Assembly (NCBI GenBank): GCA_040507985.1
Contig: JBEVNR010000012.1
Span: 111,905 to 175,904, forward strand
Direction of reading: 5' to 3'
From: Rickettsiales bacterium
GTDB lineage: Bacteria; Pseudomonadota; Alphaproteobacteria; Rickettsiales; UBA6187
DNA: 64,000 nt
A program made the position numbers and the translations under genes. The notes beneath the pieces were generated by a model. That model worked only from the letters and a program-made list of their open reading frames with translations. It made no database searches and was not told the origin of the DNA. Shown here in pieces: positions 60,440-64,000 of the stretch (position 1 is the stretch's first letter; each line of letters begins with the position of its first letter).

Positions 60440-61366
60440 ATGACCGCGCTTTCCTTTCGCCACCTTTTCGACGTCGATCAAGTGACGGACGACGACTTGC
60501 AGGAAATTCTTGCGCTTGCCGAGCGTTATCGCCACGCCTTCGAGGACGGAGCGCGCCCCATTTACGCGGACATGCAGGGCCGCATTCTGGCCAATATTTT
60601 TTGCGAGCCGAGCACCCGCACCCGATTTTCCTTCGCGGCGGCGATGTTTCGGCTGGGCGGCGACGTGCTTAACCTGGAGCAAAGCGGCGGGGCGTCGTTC
60701 GTAAAGGGAGAATCGCTCGAAGACGCCGGGCGCATCATGTCCGGCTATGCGGACGCCATCGTCTTTCGGCACGAAGAGGCCGGCAGCGTCGAGCGTTTCG
60801 CCGCGTTCGCCGACGTGCCGGTCATTAACGGCGGCGACGGCCCGGCGCGCCACCCCACCCAATCCTTGACCGATTTATTTCACATAAAACGTCGAAAAGG
60901 CAAGTTCGACGGATTAACCATAGCGTTCTACGGCGATTTGCGCTACAGTCGCACCGCCTTTCCCTTGGCCAACGCGTTATCTCGCCACGATTGCCGACTG
61001 GTTGCCGTCGCTCCTCCGGGACTTGAGCTTCCCCGCGACAAGGCGCAGGCGCTACGTGACAAAAAAGCGGAATTCGTCGAAACGGATAGTTTGAACGCCG
61101 TATTGCCCGAGTTGGACGTGCTATACATGACCCGCATTCAATGGGAGCGCATCGCGCAGGAAGTACGAAAGGATTGGAGGGAATACCGATTGAGCGCCGA
61201 CGCGCTTTCCCGCGCCAAGCCCGACCTCGCGCTCATGCATCCCTTGCCCCGCATCGACGAAATTGCAACCGAAATCGACGCCCTTCCGCAAGCCGGCTAT
61301 TTTGAGCAGGCGCGCGGCGGGCTTTACGTGCGCATGGCGCTGCTTGCGCTCATGTTAGGAAGGTAA
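60440..61366 (+). CDS. pyrB: Aspartate carbamoyltransferase catalytic subunit
   Basis: FCEPSTRTRFSF, KGESLED, INGGDG..HPTQ, GDLRYSRT, YMTRIQ.ER and MHPLPR.DEI motifs. Confidence 0.96.
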   Translation: MTALSFRHLFDVDQVTDDDLQEILALAERYRHAFEDGARPIYADMQGRILANIFCEPSTRTRFSFAAAMFRLGGDVLNLEQSGGASFVKGESLEDAGRIMSGYADAIVFRHEEAGSVERFAAFADVPVINGGDGPARHPTQSLTDLFHIKRRKGKFDGLTIAFYGDLRYSRTAFPLANALSRHDCRLVAVAPPGLELPRDKAQALRDKKAEFVETDSLNAVLPELDVLYMTRIQWERIAQEVRKDWREYRLSADALSRAKPDLALMHPLPRIDEIATEIDALPQAGYFEQARGGLYVRMALLALMLGR

Positions 61367-61390
61367 CGCCACATACGGAGCTTCATCGCC

Positions 61391-61846
61391 ATGAACCTAA
61401 AAAACAATGCCGCGTCCGCTTTGGACGACGTCGCAGGTAAGGTGCGCCACATCGAAGAATTATGTGCGGAGCGGGGATTGAAAATTACCGGACAGCGCCG
61501 CATCATCGCCGCCGTCATCGCCGAAGCCGACGATCACCCCGACGTGCAGGAAATTTACGCGCGAGCGGTGCAAAAAGATTCCAAAATCAGCATCGCCACC
61601 GTCTATCGCACCGTCAAGACGTTTGAAGAGCTAAAGGTCGTCGAGCGCCACGATTTCGGCGACGGCAGGGCGCGTTACGAAGAAAGCGGCGAAGAGCACC
61701 ACGACCATTTAATCGACCTGAAAAGCGGAGAGGTCATCGAGTTCGTGAACGAAGAAATAGAGCGCCTGCAAGAAAAAATCGCCAAGGAGCTGGGATACAA
61801 ACTGCTCGACCACAAGCTTGAGCTTTACGGCGTCAAAATGAAGTAG
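61391..61846 (+). CDS. fur: Fur-family transcriptional regulator (Fur/Mur)
   Basis: GL.ITGQR, DHPD, ISIATVYRT, HHDHLID, EIE.LQ..IA and HKLELY motifs. Confidence 0.93.
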   Translation: MNLKNNAASALDDVAGKVRHIEELCAERGLKITGQRRIIAAVIAEADDHPDVQEIYARAVQKDSKISIATVYRTVKTFEELKVVERHDFGDGRARYEESGEEHHDHLIDLKSGEVIEFVNEEIERLQEKIAKELGYKLLDHKLELYGVKMK

Positions 61847-62012
61847 ACTTTTGGACAATCCGGGCGTCCCGGAGCGTCTATTAAAAAATTTCCCTGTTGC
61901 CTCGATTCAAGGATGTATGGTAATCTTAAGGATAGTCGTCGCTTCGGCGGCTGCGCAATATGCGCCGCATTCAAGGCGACGTTCCTTAGCTTAAACATTG
62001 GGAGACATTCGC

Positions 62013-62195
62013 ATGAGTATTTCGGCTTATCTTGATTCTTTGGCAAATAAACATGACGAACTTGAGCAAGAGCTTCATGACGCTTACCTGCACCACTGCG
62101 AAGAGCGCGTACAAGAGATAAAAAGAGAGAAGCTGCTCGTTAAGGACAAAATATCCGTTGCGCTTTGCAAAATGAAAAGGGAAGAGGCAGCATAG
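62013..62195 (+). CDS. Small DUF465/YdcH-like protein
   Basis: L..L..KH..LE..L..........V..IKREKL..KD.I pattern; GGGAG SD. Confidence 0.75.
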   Translation: MSISAYLDSLANKHDELEQELHDAYLHHCEERVQEIKREKLLVKDKISVALCKMKREEAA

Positions 62196-62212
62196 CCTTT
62201 TCTCTTGCCTTA

Positions 62213-62390
62213 GGCTGTATGCGCTTTTTCAAACGAGGCGATTTTCAGGGATTTTTTAGCGAGAATTCGATTCCTTTTTGAAGGAATAGCGAGCTATTGC
62301 GAAAAAACATATCGAAGTTCGCAGCAAAAAAGACCAAAAATCCGGCCGTTCTCGCTAGGCTGGCTTATGGCTCAAAAAGTGCATGCAGCC
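62213..62390. mobile_element. GGCTGTATGCAC-family MITE
   Basis: TA-GGCTGTATGCGCTTTTT ... AAAAAGTGCATGCAGCC-TA. Confidence 0.85.
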
Positions 62391-62477
62391 TAGCTCGCTC
62401 TCCTAATTGTTTATCGCCCTCACCGCACTTCCGAAACGCCGGCCGTAACTTTACCTTGCAAAAAACAAGGAAAGATT

Positions 62478-63314
62478 ATGACGCTATCCACGTTGTGCGA
62501 TTTCAAACTCTTCAACGACGCGCTCCGAAAGGCGTTCGAGCGCGCCGGCTTTTCGGGGGCGGCGCAGAAAAGCCAAGACATGGACGCTGCGCTGTTCCGT
62601 CATTTCATACAATACAAATCCGGCGAAATTCGCCGCGTTTGGCCGATGGAAAAGGCGCAATCCTACATATGGCGCACCGAGGAGGACGACAAAGTCCGCC
62701 TTTCTCACGCTATCAATGACGGAAAGATATTTTCTTGGAACAATCCTCCCGCCATTGGCCATCCGGGCGAGGATTATAATTGCCGCTGCTGGGCGGAGCC
62801 TTTGCAAAGCGATCGCATTGCGAATCAATATCAGATAACGAAGGTGATGGATAATGCGAATAAGTGGGGAAATGCGGAATTGGCATGGCATTACGAAAGC
62901 TTTAGCGGAGAAGGAGTGACGCTCGAGCAAATCGGCCTGATGCAGGATTTTATCGACTATTACGCCGATTATGCTGCGTCGAATGAAAACTCGGAACCCG
63001 GAGTATATAAGCGCGTTAACGCGCAGGTGATCGATAAAGCGTTAAATACGCCCGACGGAAAGTTTACGGAATATTTTTCAAACGCATATAAATTCACGGA
63101 TTTTCTTTTTTCTTTCGGAGACTCGCGCGTGGATGCAAATTTTGCGGGAAGCGTTCGCAGGAAAGATGGCTATCTTGTTATCAACGGTATCGTTACTTAT
63201 AGCCTTAATGATATGTTCGCCGATCCGTTTGATATCGGATTTGAATTTGGCAAGCCTTACTCCATAACCGGAACGTGGAAGACAAAGCTTAACGCAACGG
63301 TGAAAATAGATTAG
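62478..63314 (+). CDS. Short MuF/SPP1-gp7 (phage minor head) domain fused to a putative toxin domain
   Basis: YIWRT..DDKVR.SH..NDGKIF.W..PP..GHPGEDYNCRC.AEP, followed by a ~165-aa unrelated C-terminal extension. Confidence 0.85.
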   Translation: MTLSTLCDFKLFNDALRKAFERAGFSGAAQKSQDMDAALFRHFIQYKSGEIRRVWPMEKAQSYIWRTEEDDKVRLSHAINDGKIFSWNNPPAIGHPGEDYNCRCWAEPLQSDRIANQYQITKVMDNANKWGNAELAWHYESFSGEGVTLEQIGLMQDFIDYYADYAASNENSEPGVYKRVNAQVIDKALNTPDGKFTEYFSNAYKFTDFLFSFGDSRVDANFAGSVRRKDGYLVINGIVTYSLNDMFADPFDIGFEFGKPYSITGTWKTKLNATVKID

Positions 63315-63315
63315 A

Positions 63316-63810
63316 TTATTCGAATATGTATTCATATAGATTGAACAATCTAATATAGTAATCCAGTAAAGGAAAAGACAGAATAAAAGGATAAAAAAAG
63401 CATAACGCGATGTTGCTGCACGTGTTTCCGCCATATGTGTTACCCAATGCGATAATGCGCGTTTTATGCATTCGGCGCCATATTCTTTCAAGCAATAACG
63501 TGTACAGGCTTGCAATAAAAAATGCCTTAAAAAACAGCATAATTAATGCAGGGGTATCAATAAGTTTGGCAAAATAGGCCGCGCATTCCGTATGAGTTTG
63601 CACGTCTCCGTCCGAAAACTGTCGCCGGCAGTTTCCGTAATCCTCGCTTCGAACCGCCTTAACCTTCCACGCGGAAAAATTTATCAAAACCCAGCCGCAC
63701 GCCGTCGCAAGCAGCAACCGCAGCCCGCGCCACTTGTCCGACGTTTCGGGCTTAGCGCAAAACACAAGCGCAGCGGGAACGACGAAGAGAAAAATCATCC
63801 AGATATTCAT
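63316..63810 (-). CDS. Hypothetical membrane protein (candidate immunity protein)
   Basis: 164 aa, about 4 hydrophobic segments, Cys pair in a loop; stop lies 1 nt from the MuF gene stop. Confidence 0.65.
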   Translation of the reverse strand: MNIWMIFLFVVPAALVFCAKPETSDKWRGLRLLLATACGWVLINFSAWKVKAVRSEDYGNCRRQFSDGDVQTHTECAAYFAKLIDTPALIMLFFKAFFIASLYTLLLERIWRRMHKTRIIALGNTYGGNTCSNIALCFFYPFILSFPLLDYYIRLFNLYEYIFE

Positions 63811-63843
63811 ACGAAAGCCAAAACTACGCAGCCCCCTTTCTTT

Positions 63844-63930
63844 TCATCCCCCCTCTAAAGAAGGCAACAACGGCCTCAAAAAAGGCCCCGTCACGCTGCT
63901 TTCGTTCGCGGCGATCTCCTCCGGCGTGCC
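63844..63930 (-). pseudogene. Isolated 3' fragment resembling the UvrA C-terminus
   Basis: GTPEEIAANESSVTGPFLRPLL then stop; the upstream frame is unrelated and closed by TAA. Confidence 0.5.
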
Positions 63931-64000
63931 CTGAAGATTAAAAATCACTTCGACAAAAAAACCATGACTTTATCGGCCTGCGCTTTTGCTGTAGCGGCTT

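Noticed and set aside
62478-64000. Intact prophage
   Set aside because: Only the MuF domain is phage-like; no integrase, terminase, portal, capsid or tail genes occur in the window

Overview
GC-rich alphaproteobacterial chromosomal window. A Rickettsiales-related or other basal alphaproteobacterial lineage is inferred from RPE1-like palindromic elements, a TacA-like regulator, usg, an alpha-type porin and class II DAHP synthase. It is mostly housekeeping genes in fragmented operons: xseB, coaC/coaB, metX-metW, ubiE, ubiA, trpBA, uppS, rplM-rpsI, rpe, alr, rnhA, ftsH, tatC, der, pyrB and fur, plus three tRNAs. Capsule-export genes are dispersed (kpsD-like, kpsT, kpsC-kpsS), and there are three type IV prepilin-like genes, one a 956-aa pilin-lectin fusion. 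Intergenic regions carry at least four families of non-autonomous palindromic or MITE-like repeats, with no transposase in the window. The strongest candidates for novel biology are: (i) a stand-alone short MuF (phage minor head) protein with a toxin-like C-terminus facing a convergent membrane-protein gene, outside any prophage; (ii) a Bacteroidetes-like trpBA pair with substitutions at normally conserved TrpB positions; (iii) pilin-LamG adhesins; (iv) kpsT bracketed by direct RPE-like repeats; (v) a tandem SGNH protein lacking its catalytic serines; and (vi) several orphan genes with effector-like motifs. No CRISPR array, rRNA or intact prophage is seen. Family assignments come from motif recognition by eye; no database searches were run.
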